A DNA stretch of 63,564 nt, counting the filler, from Phoronis australis (lineage: Eukaryota > Animalia > Phoronida): NCBI GenBank assembly GCA_002633005.1. It is 6 parts of 6 records of this genome, joined end to end, with 100 filler letters (N's around TTAATTAATTAA, not from the genome) between each part and the next. Parts side by side here need not be neighbours in the genome. Positions count along the whole stretch, not along the records: positions 52,734 to 56,166 come from NMRA01003023.1; positions 56,267 to 60,773 come from NMRA01002569.1; positions 60,874 to 63,564 come from NMRA01003492.1; 3 more parts are not named here. One strand, 5' to 3'. Shown piece by piece: positions 52,961 to 63,564 of this stretch; positions within the stretch are counted from its first letter, which is position 1; every line of letters starts with the position of its first letter. A program made the translations under genes and the position numbers. The notes beneath the pieces are model-generated. The model was given only the letters and a program-made list of their open reading frames with translations, did not search any database and was not told the origin of the DNA.

Positions 52961-53924
52961 TTATCTCTCATTAATCAACAGTTTACCATCTGTCTTTCCC
53001 ATGTCGTTCTCTTCAAGAGTAATCGACAGTCCAACCTGGTCCTTTAATGGCCACCCAGTGCTGTGTTTTGGAGGAATCCCCTTTGTACACGGTTCCACGG
53101 CAAACTGCACTTCTGTTGTCCCCATGGGAATGTCGTCACAGACTCCATCGACTGTCGCAGAGAATTTTTAGGATTAGTGTTTCCAAATATTATTCCAAGA
53201 ACCACATGAGTTAATGAAGATTTGGTAAGTGACTTGACAGTCCGTTAGTAAAATGGGTTTGTAAAAAATAAATTGATGTCAAAATGAACGGATCGATACA
53301 CACACATCGGTGTTTTTTTATTACTGCGCTAGAGAAATTTGGCTATGTATGTAGCTTAGTCCGTCTCTGTTTTGAAGGTCATATTTCTAACTGGTATGAA
53401 ATCAATAACCGTCCGGTAATTTCTTAATGCCTCGTGAGATTTAATGTTTGCCATTATGCTTCCGTTCTTAAGTGGTGGGTGCACCGACCTTCAAGTCGTT
53501 TTTGCACCAAAATCATGTTTTGTCTCAGAGGTCGTAATATGCGTGAAATGAACATTAAATTTGTTTGATTTTTGTTGACATTTTCATAGTGAAATTCGGG
53601 TTCGTTTTACTGACATTTTTACAGTGAATAAATTAATTGTTGCGTTTCACTTGTTGCGTTTTATTGACATTTTTATAATAAATAAATTAATTGCTGCGTT
53701 AGGAATACAGTGTAAGTACACGATCCAGAAATACAATACATACTTCTAGAAGAGTGATGCCGATTCGTCGGAGCAAAATTTGCCCACCACATCTCTATTG
53801 AGCCCGGATACTGACACGGTTCCCCGTTGACGAGAAAGGACCAGCGAGTGCACACTGCCCCAAGAACGCCGCGAAATTGTACGCGCAGTGACGTTTGGTT
53901 TTGCTTCTTGTCGTACAATAAATT
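52961..53924 (-). CDS. CTHRC1-like C-terminal domain protein (2 exons seen, partial)
   Basis: Exon 53924-53744 reads NLLYDKKQNQTSLRVQFRGVLGAVCTRWSFLVNGEPCQYPGSIEM. A phase-1 junction leads to an exon from 53151 reading IDGVCDDIPMGTTEVQFAVEPC..STGW..ITLEE. This matches the CTHRC1 C-terminal pattern (LRV.F.G.L, RW.F..NG..C..P..IE, EG.C..I..G, STGW, IIEE). It ends at a donor at 52986 or a stop at 52961. Confidence 0.8.
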
Positions 53925-56900
53925 CTGAAAAATATCAGTCGGTTTCACAGTTTTGGGGTAAAGTGATACCCAATTTCCAGAAAAATTACAAAATCACAGA
54001 TGTTTATTTAAAACGGTCGCTAATTCTCGTTCCGGCAGTCAAAGAAACAGGCTTTGATTTAGACAATTTAACGCAATAAAATTGTTCTCAACTTTTGCCT
54101 GTACTTGATGACAAGTTTTTTATTTGTCTGCAAAAAGTTTCCTCGTATAAAACTACTGTGATGATAATTTTACACAAAATCTGCTAAACATTGATTTCTG
54201 GGAACTAGCCACGCCATATTGAAATTCACCATCCCGCCAGACGGCTATCAAGTCTCTACGACGCGTCACTTACGGATTCCTTGTAATACGGAGGGTGGGT
54301 TCAAGTTGCTGGTATTTAACATTTTAATACCTTCCCTCCTAAATGTATTGTAATGCCGGCAAATTTCCAATGCTGAACGGTGGAGTGTACAAAGGGCTTA
54401 CGGAAAAAGGCAACCATGTTAATTTCTTATTCTTTGCTTATTACTTAAGTTTGTCTTCCATTTTGTAATTCTGTTTTTGTCTTACTATCTGTTTCTTTTT
54501 TACTGAGGGCCCCATGGAAAGCAGTGTGAACTGATGGGGCTACCCTCATTGTAAATATTACATTAATAAAATAAATAATAACAAAATAAAAAGGCAACCC
54601 TCTGAAAATATACGTGCAAAGCTCAAAAACACCACAGCTATGGTGGTGACCTGTTTACTATTTCCTATCAATGATGTTTCACTTTATGGACGTATCCTGA
54701 CTCATATGTCGCTGATTGTTTGTATCCTGATGATTTATATTGAATCTACTAAACGTCGAATTAATGTGAAATTTTTACTTGTGCAGCGATTGATTATTCT
54801 ATTATGGATTTTTAATCAGTTAAAGTTCCTACCAAGTCCGATGGTAGCGCTGTCTGTTCTTTCTCTCCAGCTTCCTGTTGGCCCAGCCTCAAGCAACAGT
54901 ACGTTCACTCGTAAGTTTTCCTAATTAGACAATTGGCGGTGGACAGGATTGTTCATCCATGAACAACCCTGCTCATGTGGCACATACTGAGCCACAACAC
55001 CACCTTCCTTACAATATCTCTTTTTATCACTCCGGCTGGTCTGCTCACTCAGCTTGTCCGGAACCTGCTTTGCAGGTTGTTGTAGCCCAGTTGGGTGTTT
55101 GGTGTACCACTTGGCACTTTATATGAAGCAGTATTTAGCCATTTGGCAGTTTGTGCCCACTTGGTACTTGTTATTGAATTTGCTGTTTTGCTCGACCCAG
55201 TTGGTAGGCAATCGGCCAATACCCATTTGGTATTACATTGTATGTACCCATTTGGTACTATGCTAAACTGTGCCACTTAGTGTGCGATACTGAATTGCAC
55301 TTTGGGTATCGGAAATGTGTATGTTACCTCTTGTAATTAAGGAGCCCATCTGGTTCCTTCTATGAAATATTTATTTGTAGAGATGTGACCCTGAAATTCC
55401 CAATACAACTTAAAGTATATGTTGTTCTTGTTGTTTTATTTGTCCCCAATAATTAATCCTTAAAGATATGGTCAGTGGTTAAAAGGATCCGCCGTCACAA
55501 TCTGGATTGAGCGTGGAGCCAGCCTCCCGTTCAGTAACGTTAGAGCCTCGCTGAAAAGCAAAACTTCGCGAGATTACGTGAGATGTTTTCGTGTACACGT
55601 GACTGTGGCTAGAGATTTGCTAGATCCTAGCGCTACTGAACGCCCGTCCTGTCTCAAGCGACAACGGACAGTCGGCTCTTTCGCAAACCCTTGAAATCAC
55701 CTGCAAGTTGACTAAGGAACCGTGCGATTTGAGACCAGTTTTATGACGGTGACTGGTCTGTATCAGAATTTGTGTATTTTACGATAGAGGGTAGGTTGAT
55801 AACAGCTTCATATTGGTGCAAACCATTCAATGCCCGACAAATTGGAAAGTTTTCCTGTTTTGTGTGACGTTCTCAATACACAATGGTGCGAGCTACAGGG
55901 AAGCTAAAGTTAAATGCCTCTCTGCTGCAATTTTGAAATAATGGTAATAATTAAATCATTTCTCACTTGAACATTGGACTGAAATGGAACTCTTACGATC
56001 ACATTGTGACGTCATGCTTGCAGGTGGGGCACGAATCAAGTACTTATGTTCCACAAATATCGATTGGTTTTTAATTTGTACATTAAAGATAATTGTGTAT
56101 ATTCTCCAGTGACTCAATTTTGATTTTAGCTTTAAAATTTTCTGAAAGACGGGAAGACAATTTAAANNNNNNNNNNNNNNNNNNNNNNNNNNNNNNNNNN
56201 NNNNNNNNNNTTAATTAATTAANNNNNNNNNNNNNNNNNNNNNNNNNNNNNNNNNNNNNNNNNNNNTTAAAGAGCTCTAAATTCCAAGTTTCAATATCTC
56301 TAGTTCGTACTTACTAATCGGATTTTTCTTTACTTAGACAACGTGTGTTGTTTCTATAGAATCTGAATCACTCAGGCAGGTTAACTGTAGTTCAGAGAAG
56401 TCGCTTAGCAACAAAATTGTAAGCAAAATTGCGCACCAAGTTATGAAACCAATATCGCACTCTCTTTTACAATTTCTCTATGAAATGTTTCCAGCCAGAC
56501 CAGGTACATTCATGGCTGCCATGTAACGGCTCAGATTGACGGGCTGAAAAATGGCGTCAATGTAATCGGCATTTTTGAGTTTACAGTAGATCTTGTAAAT
56601 AGACGTTGGAAATTGCGTGACAACTCTAACTTATATGTGTAAATACGTTGCAAACAATTCAATCCTCCATCACCATCCGCAATAAATGAAAGGAGAAAAA
56701 TTCAAAGAAAAAACAAGCGGCACGTGAACGTCCATTCGACCCTCTGTAGGTCTGTTCAATGGCATGGTTAGAAATGCAATTAAGACCTGAAGGATTTTTG
56801 TGCAGCGCCTACGTTCTTTAAATGCTGGCATGATGAACCTGTCCATTATATTCAGTGCTTGTGCTGAAACTGTAACGCCCTCGGTCTGTACCGCATTCAT

Positions 56901-57493
56901 TGATTCCCATCATGTCCAAGCAGTAGTTACAGTGCTCTCCAGTATCAAGTCGTTGTTTACTCTTGTTGCCAAGACCTTATATTCAGCTTCGAGATTAGTG
57001 GCAATCAGTATTTAAAAAATATCAGCCTCAGATGAAAGTACCACTGTCCCAGAACTTTTAGGTCACGCGACTTCACACTTGTTCTCGTTGCTCAAAGAAA
57101 TAGCCTCTTCATTGTGGTCTTGTCGAAGAGTGTTACATAGTATAACATATTGTAGTAATATATTACATTAAATTACAAGTATGTAAAGGTTTGCTTTTAA
57201 TATACTCTTGAATGGAATTATTGTGTATGGAAAGGGACCCATCGACATGCTGACTGCACATTTACTTACGGTGTGCGTCCAAAGTATACCCAAAGCGTGC
57301 TGCCTGATACTATTTTATTTGCAACTGCCGCCGTTCTCTTTTGATGTTCGACGTGGGAGTGGTGTGCACGTCTGAGCTCCTACACTTGAACCGCTGGAGT
57401 ATACGATACTTTGGAAGTAACATGTGAGTGACGGATGAGTCATGTGTAGCGCGCACTGTCCCAGAAATCAGGGCTTGAGAATTTCTTGCCGAC

Positions 57494-58725
57494 TTATTAC
57501 TCTGCGCGTGTAAGCGCAGAGTACTGTTGTTCCTGGGTTTTCTTCAATTTTATTCTTATTATTATTCTTAGTCTTATTCTTATTCTTATTCTGACTAACT
57601 TTGAGGCTTAATAAGTCCAAAATGGGTGCAGGTATGTTCTCTAAATTCTGCATGTGTTTTTTAGCAGTACATAAATTTTGATTCGTTATATAATCATAAT
57701 CCATATCGCACCGGAAGAGGTCATTTGGTGCAAAGGTCATGTAATTTTCAAAATGCTACTCCTTCATCATTTTTGAGCCTATTCTTTTCAAATTCGGTCC
57801 ACAGGTATACGTTACTAACGCATTTTAAAAAATAACTTTTCTAAGTAATCGGGTATTCCAATCAGGTGAAATAGGTCAAAGGTCATTAGGTGCAAACTAA
57901 AAGTTTGAGCTAAACACTTCAAATTGACAGGTCTGATTGGAACAGGTACTTCAATTTGGAATCCAAAGTTTCAGGTCATTTAGAGCAAACATGGGGTCAT
58001 TAGGTGCATATTTCTTCTGAAATTTTGACCTTTTCGATCAGCAAGTATTTTGATGTGTCAACCGTTAGACAACTGTGATTCTCAGCATTAAACAATTTTT
58101 TTATGGGTTTTGCAGTAATTCTCCTAAAGACGCTTATATTGCACCGGGTAGGGTCAATTAGTGTAAAGGTCATGTAACGTTCAAAATGTTGTATCTCTTA
58201 CGTTTTTCAAGGAAATCTTTTCAATTTCAGCACACTGGTGTAAGTCAACATGCCAATTGAATACCCTACTTTACTTCGCAACCAATCAGAAAAAATAGGT
58301 CAAAGGTCATTGAGTGCAAACTTAAATTTTGAGCTAGAGACTTCAAAATTACATATCTGTTTATTAAGTGCGATTGAGTTTGAATTCTAAATTTTCAGGT
58401 CATTTGGTGCATTTTTCTTCTGAAAGTTCGACCAAATCATTCATCTTGTATTCTGAAGTGCTTAAAGTAAAACATCTGTGATTTTTAGCATTAACCACAC
58501 TTTTAATCGAGTTAGCAATTACTCCCTCATCGGGGCTCATAATGCACCGGAAGAGGTCAATTAGTGGGAAGGTCATCAAAAAATTAATATGTAATTTCTC
58601 CTACAATTTTAAAGAATTCCTTTACATATTGGTAAACGGGTTGCTCTCAGTAACTTCCCATAATAATTCCAGTAATACGCACGCGCAGAGTCCGTTATTG
58701 CCAGGCTGTGACAATCTTTCTAGTT
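57494..58725 (+). mobile_element. Helentron-like non-autonomous element, family B
   Basis: 5' hairpin TACTCTGCGC-GTGTAA-GCGCAGAGTA, (TTATTC)n microsatellite, ~400-430-bp internal repeats starting GCACCGG at about 57708, 58141 and 58544, 3' subterminal inverted repeat ACGCGCAGAGT (58681), small stem-loop, ends CTAGTT. Confidence 0.75.
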
Positions 58726-60873
58726 ACTCTACTGCATGACACGTTATAGCCGCCGTTTGGCAAGTAATGGCCAAGGGTTGCCATTTCACCTTTTTGCGAT
58801 GAAAACGAAACGCACATTCACACACACCGTTAATTGACGACATTTCTGAGTCACGATCCTATCCCGGGAATTTGCGCAAACAGTGGGACCAAACACTGGC
58901 GCAGTGCTATATCGTCGGGGATATTGTTAGTGGATAATCAGGACATCTTACATGAAAAATATATATGTTTTTGAATTTTAAAATCAGGACAAAGCGTCAT
59001 TTTTACAACTTAAAACGAAAACGTTAGTTTAAAGATGAAATATTATGTTCCTCATTAATTCTGCTGGGTTTGCAACATAATTGGGCCACTGAATTTCCAA
59101 ACCAACAAGCAACATTTGGACTTTGAGGTTAGCAAAGTGTCATCGTACAATTCTTGGCATAAAAGGCTAGTTACATTGAAAATATATTGTAAGAAATCAC
59201 AATAATTAGCGTTTTAAATTAATCTCCTTTGTTAAGGGAAACACGTAAAAGTGTGATTAGTCTCGTGGTAATGTCCTATTGCGTAACCACGCCTCATTAA
59301 ACAGTGGACGATGAAATATCGAATGAAACGGGTGGTGACACAGAGAAACGTTAAAGCAACAGAAATTTGGGGAACATTGTGGAGGTGTGTGATGTCTAGG
59401 TTACGCCAGGTACAAGCAGACTGCATCCCAACTGGCTGAGTTCAATGATGGCAGCCGACTGCTCGCAGCCGGTATTATTTATGGCCATGCTGCGAAGAGT
59501 CACAAGAAAAGCCGTGCCCGAGTGCTGTCAAATCAAATGCTTACAGGCAACGTCAGCCCTGGAGTTCTGCGCCTTCTGCTGTTACGGGGATGGTCTGGGG
59601 AGGGAAATAATGCACCAGATTATCCCCAATGATCCTGTCCGTGACAGGTACACAGGTACACTGGCCATGTACAAGGTAGATACTACTCGTTCGAGGCTCG
59701 CAGTTATCTTAAAAATGAAAGGTCACGAATACGTTTCACTACCAACACTGGTTGAATAGCACACCACCAGTGAAATGTTTGACCTTCAAACAGATAACTT
59801 AAGTATCCAGACGTCTTATCCGCTCGTCACAATCTGACAACATGATGTCGAAGGCACATCAATTTAGGCTCATGTCTGTTGGTTTTTGGGGCCTCGCTCT
59901 TCTGGCATTTCACTCGCTAATCCAGACGTCGTTGTCAATTTCTTCCCTGTGGTCCCCATTTCTCAAATGTAAGTAATCTTTTAAGTCTGTGTAGAATCTT
60001 ATTGACAACTCCGCGTATTTAACCAAGTGTTTACACAAGTGAAGATTTTACCTTAAGCAAATTTGTGTAATTTCTGAACGTACAAAACTCGTAGATGTTC
60101 TTTTGGCTTTTTACCATAATTATGCATTGAGCTGAGCTGCACAAGAAGAAATGAAAATTGATATAAAAACAAGGATATCAATAAAGAGACCAAATTTCCT
60201 ACAAGTAGGCCTACAGCCTGGGATACAGTTTCAAAGGCGTACTTGCAGGTTTCTAAAACATTATTTCGTCTTTGCTTAATGCAAGTCAAATTTTTCTGTA
60301 TTGATAACTATCCGCCATTTCCGAGGTTTCCTCAAGCTGTGCCCAAGTGTTATCCGTCTAAAAGCCTAGGGGCCTACACGTAGCTGCAAAAAATAGACGA
60401 CTAGTTCACTGCTTGAATTCTCATACATGTGCGTGTTTCAAAGTTTACTTAAAAAGTTTACGTTCCCACTTTTAGCTATAAGCCTTTGTTGACATGATAC
60501 ATGTACCTGATTGACGTGCTGGCAAGACCATTCTACTTGTCTTGTGTCTTCCCAATCTTCCCAAAGAGTAATTAAACTGAAACCAGGAAAACCAATAGCC
60601 TATTTTAAAGTCATATGATCCGTTTGTAGACGTTTTAAAAACATCGTGAATCTGCATAAAAACCATTGAAACATACTCTTTGACACTTAATTAGAATTTT
60701 TCGTAAGTATGGGGTCGATCTGCTGCCTGTACATATTTTTTCTTTTATTTTTATTTTCTTAAAATCTGCGTGANNNNNNNNNNNNNNNNNNNNNNNNNNN
60801 NNNNNNNNNNNNNNNNNTTAATTAATTAANNNNNNNNNNNNNNNNNNNNNNNNNNNNNNNNNNNNNNNNNNNN

Positions 60874-62106
60874 ATTAAAGTTAAATCCAAATAAGTGTCA
60901 AGGCGTCCATCTTGGCAAGCATAAGAATGCAATGAAATTATGTATAACTTTAAATGGTCTGGAAAGACAATCAAATGTTTGGGCACATATTTTGGGCACA
61001 CTAAGGGAAGAAACAATGCCCATAATTATGATGACAAAATTAAAAATTTTCAAAAAAACATTAGATATATGGAAATGCTGCAATATTTCCTTACTTGGAA
61101 GAATTGAGGTGATCAAAACTTTTGCTATATCCAAAATAATTTATGTTACGAATACATTAGGTATGCCTCCTAACAAACAAAGGGAGATAAATGATATTAT
61201 CCAGGGTTTCATATGGCAAAATAAACCCCCAAGAGTTAGAAGAGAGATTGCTGTAAATAGCAGGGAAAGAAGGAGCTTAGCTGTGTCAGATGTCAACATT
61301 TTGTGTAAGTCCTTGTTAATTAAATGGAGTAAACGCTTTTTATAAGGAAAAAATAAGGAACGGTAGATATTCCCTAAATAAGGAATGGTAGATATTCCCT
61401 AAATAAGGCATGGTAGATATTCCCTAAATAAGTTTATAGAAATTGTGGACGAGGTTGTGCTCATAAAAATTTGCTTAATAGAAAACTTCAACCTATTGTT
61501 CTCTGATATGTTATGGTCCTGGGAGCAAATAACAGACTACTTACATAAGAATATTGGTTTGAAAAATCAAATTGTATGGAATAACAAAACCAATCTGAAT
61601 AGGCAACTGACACACCACAGGTTGTCATTGTTGGTCTAGTTCATTGTCACTCCCTGTAACTGACTGTATCTGTGCTTTTAACAGGTTGTCATTGTTGGTC
61701 TAGTTCATTGTCACTCCCTGTAACTGACTGTATCTGTGCTTCATTACTTGTTGCTGGGCCTAGCTAGGTGGCCACTGTATTCTCACTTCTGAAGATGGTG
61801 TTGAATAAATGACACCGAAACATGTCAAGTCTTAAAACCGTTGTTGTTTTCTTTAATATATGCTGCTACTTGCTATCATGGAGTACTTTATACATACTTG
61901 TTTGAAGTCTTCAAGTATGAAATCTAGAGAATCACCCCGACTTGCTGGTATTTTTTGAAACCCTTAAACATTCAGTATAAATTCAAGCAGAGCTGGAATG
62001 TGTGAATGTGAGAGTGAATATGTTTTTGTTTGTTTTCTTTTCTACTGTATTTCATTGTTAATTTCAGTTTCTGCAAATAAACTTATTAAAAATAAAAAAT
62101 AAAAAA
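60874..62106 (+). mobile_element. Degenerate L1/Tx1-clade LINE 3' fragment, interrupted by a hammerhead-bearing insert
   Basis: IKCLGTYF (RT YLG-like motif), then frameshifted ISLLGRIEVIKTFAISKIIY...FIWQNKPPRV...LAVSDV...KW, the typical post-RT region. AATAAA and an A-rich tail at about 62076-62106. Confidence 0.8.
61785..61830 (+). ncRNA. Minimal type I hammerhead ribozyme
   Basis: ACTT-CTGAAGA-T-GGTGTT(gaataaat)GACACC-GAAA-CATGTC-AAGT. Stem I ACTT/AAGT, CUGANGA core, stem II, GAAA, palindromic stem III ACATGT and GUC cleavage triplet. Confidence 0.85.
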
Positions 62107-62205
62107 TTAATGCGCAATAAAAATATCGGTTCATCAAGTGTGTAATTTCATCATGTTCACTTTAACATAAGCACCAAATGTTAACACTAATAGATCCAAT
62201 TTTAC

Positions 62206-62367
62206 CTTTACACGTCAATAGATGGCTCTTGCGTGCAATGATATAAGCAAATCCTGGAACTCCTTGGATGCACTTATTGGCTGAACTGACCATATAATCC
62301 ACACCACAGGACATTTCTAATGGAATTGCACCAAAACTGCTCATGGCATCCACAAAATACACTATGT
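62206..62367 (-). CDS. phnW: 2-aminoethylphosphonate--pyruvate transaminase (class V PLP aminotransferase), internal exon
   Basis: TTTCAG acceptor and G|GTAAAA donor bound an exon reading IVYFVDAMSSFGAIPLEMSCGVDYMVSSANKCIQGVPGFAYIIARKSHLLTCK. DAMSSFG and SSANKCIQGVPGF (PLP lysine) are PhnW signatures. Confidence 0.88.
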
Positions 62368-62868
62368 CTGAAATCAAGAGAAGTGACAACAACATGAGCA
62401 ATTGTATTGAATCCAAATTGCTTACGACATTTTACAAATTGGAGTCGTACTGTTTCCCCAACATGACACCAAAAGTGACTGGTAATGATCATAATGGCAT
62501 CAAAATTCTAATTACAAAATGCCTGAGCCACCTTACTAACTTTCCTAGTAATCCCCCTTCATTCTCTGTCATGAGGGAAGGCTGATTTGATGATGAATTT
62601 GGCTTGAGCCCAGCCATCATGACAGGGAATTCTGGGTATGAAAAGACAAAAGGTGTAAGTCAAACTATTGGTATTTACAATACAGACTATATTACATCAA
62701 CCACAATAAGATGGCATGTCTGTAGTAAAAATACACAGAGTGTCCACTCAGTGTGATGAACAAATTAGCAATTGTCAGCCAACATGAAGTCCTTTCATAT
62801 TCCCTTAAATAATGACTCTTTTTCAAATCATCAAAGTAGTACCAAAAGTTGTTTTTCGACATCTACAC

Positions 62869-63465
62869 AGTACAAACCATGCTAGTGATTGACTAAAATG
62901 TTCATAGTCTTTATCTTAGTACAAACCATGCTAGTGATTGACTAAAATGTTCATAGTCTTTATCTTAGTGATTGACTAAAATGTTCATAGTCTTTATCTT
63001 AGTGATTGACTAAAATGTTCATAGTCTTTATCTTAGTGATTGACTAAAATGTTCATAGTCTTTATCTTTGTGGAGAAATTGACAAAATAGAATTTCACTA
63101 TCCTGCCATATTGTGTGCTAAATAAAAGTGTAGAATTGCTGTATATGAAACACAATGCTGATCAGGAAACCTGGTCAGTGTTTGATGAAATATGCTGAGG
63201 TGTGACTGTGTTCAGTGTTTGATGAAATATGCTGAGGTGTCACTGTGTTCAGTGTTTGATGAAATATGCTGAGGTGTCACTGTGGTTGTTCAACTGTGGA
63301 TGCTTAATAATCCTCTGATTTATGTTGTCTAATGAACCTATTCTGACAACAATTTTGTCAATGCTGTTCTGATAATACAAATACAATATTGTCAATGCTG
63401 TTCTGATAATACAAATGCAATATTGTCAATGTTGTTCTGATAATACAAACTTTACAATATTGATT
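62869..63465. repeat. Cluster of three minisatellites (34, 37 and 34 bp units)
   Basis: TAGTGATTGACTAAAATGTTCATAGTCTTTATCT (62883-63067), CAGTGTTTGATGAAATATGCTGAGGTGTCACTGTGTT (63176-63284), CAATATTGTCAATGCTGTTCTGATAATACAAATA (63350-63465). Confidence 0.9.
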
Positions 63466-63564
63466 TGCAGAATGGGAATCAAATTGGATTTTTTTAGCGC
63501 TTTGACTAACTGACAGATTGGCAAAGTCTATTGAAGAGATTTTGTAGTTTGTGTATCGTTAAAT

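Noticed and set aside
54833-54920. Candidate upstream exon of the CTHRC1-like gene
   Set aside because: Its open frame ends in phase 1 while the next exon starts in phase 0, and it has no family motif.
1093-62367. Lipid/phosphonate metabolic gene cluster (AMACR, PLPP, phnW)
   Set aside because: The genes lie on different contigs joined by artificial linkers, so proximity is uninformative.
62162-62416. Bacterial contamination as the source of phnW
   Set aside because: Homology starts and stops exactly at AG and GT splice sites, and the flanks are animal-type repeats.

Overview
AT-rich, intron-containing animal DNA, most likely a bilaterian invertebrate (inference). It is six contigs joined by five identical 100-nt spacers (N44-TTAATTAATTAA-N44), so adjacency across spacers is probably artificial. 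Spliced gene pieces read by hand: AMACR first coding exon (+), a lipid phosphate phosphatase PLPP/PPAP2 (+, 5 exons, N-terminal exon not found), a plexin ectodomain (-, 10 phase-consistent exons), a divergent CTHRC1-like C-terminal domain (-) and one exon of a 2-aminoethylphosphonate transaminase (phnW-like, -). Most of the rest is mobile DNA and minisatellites. The most striking non-genic signal is a Helentron-like non-autonomous family (3 copies) whose ~150-bp internal repeat carries one same-orientation CTCF-type motif per unit. A second family with the same architecture carries arrays of AGGTCA nuclear-receptor half-sites instead. There are also Penelope-like retroelements with minimal hammerhead ribozymes (one with a fully canonical core) and nested Kolobok derivatives retaining THAP and KolX-like remnants. 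All family assignments come from motif recognition by eye; no searches were run.
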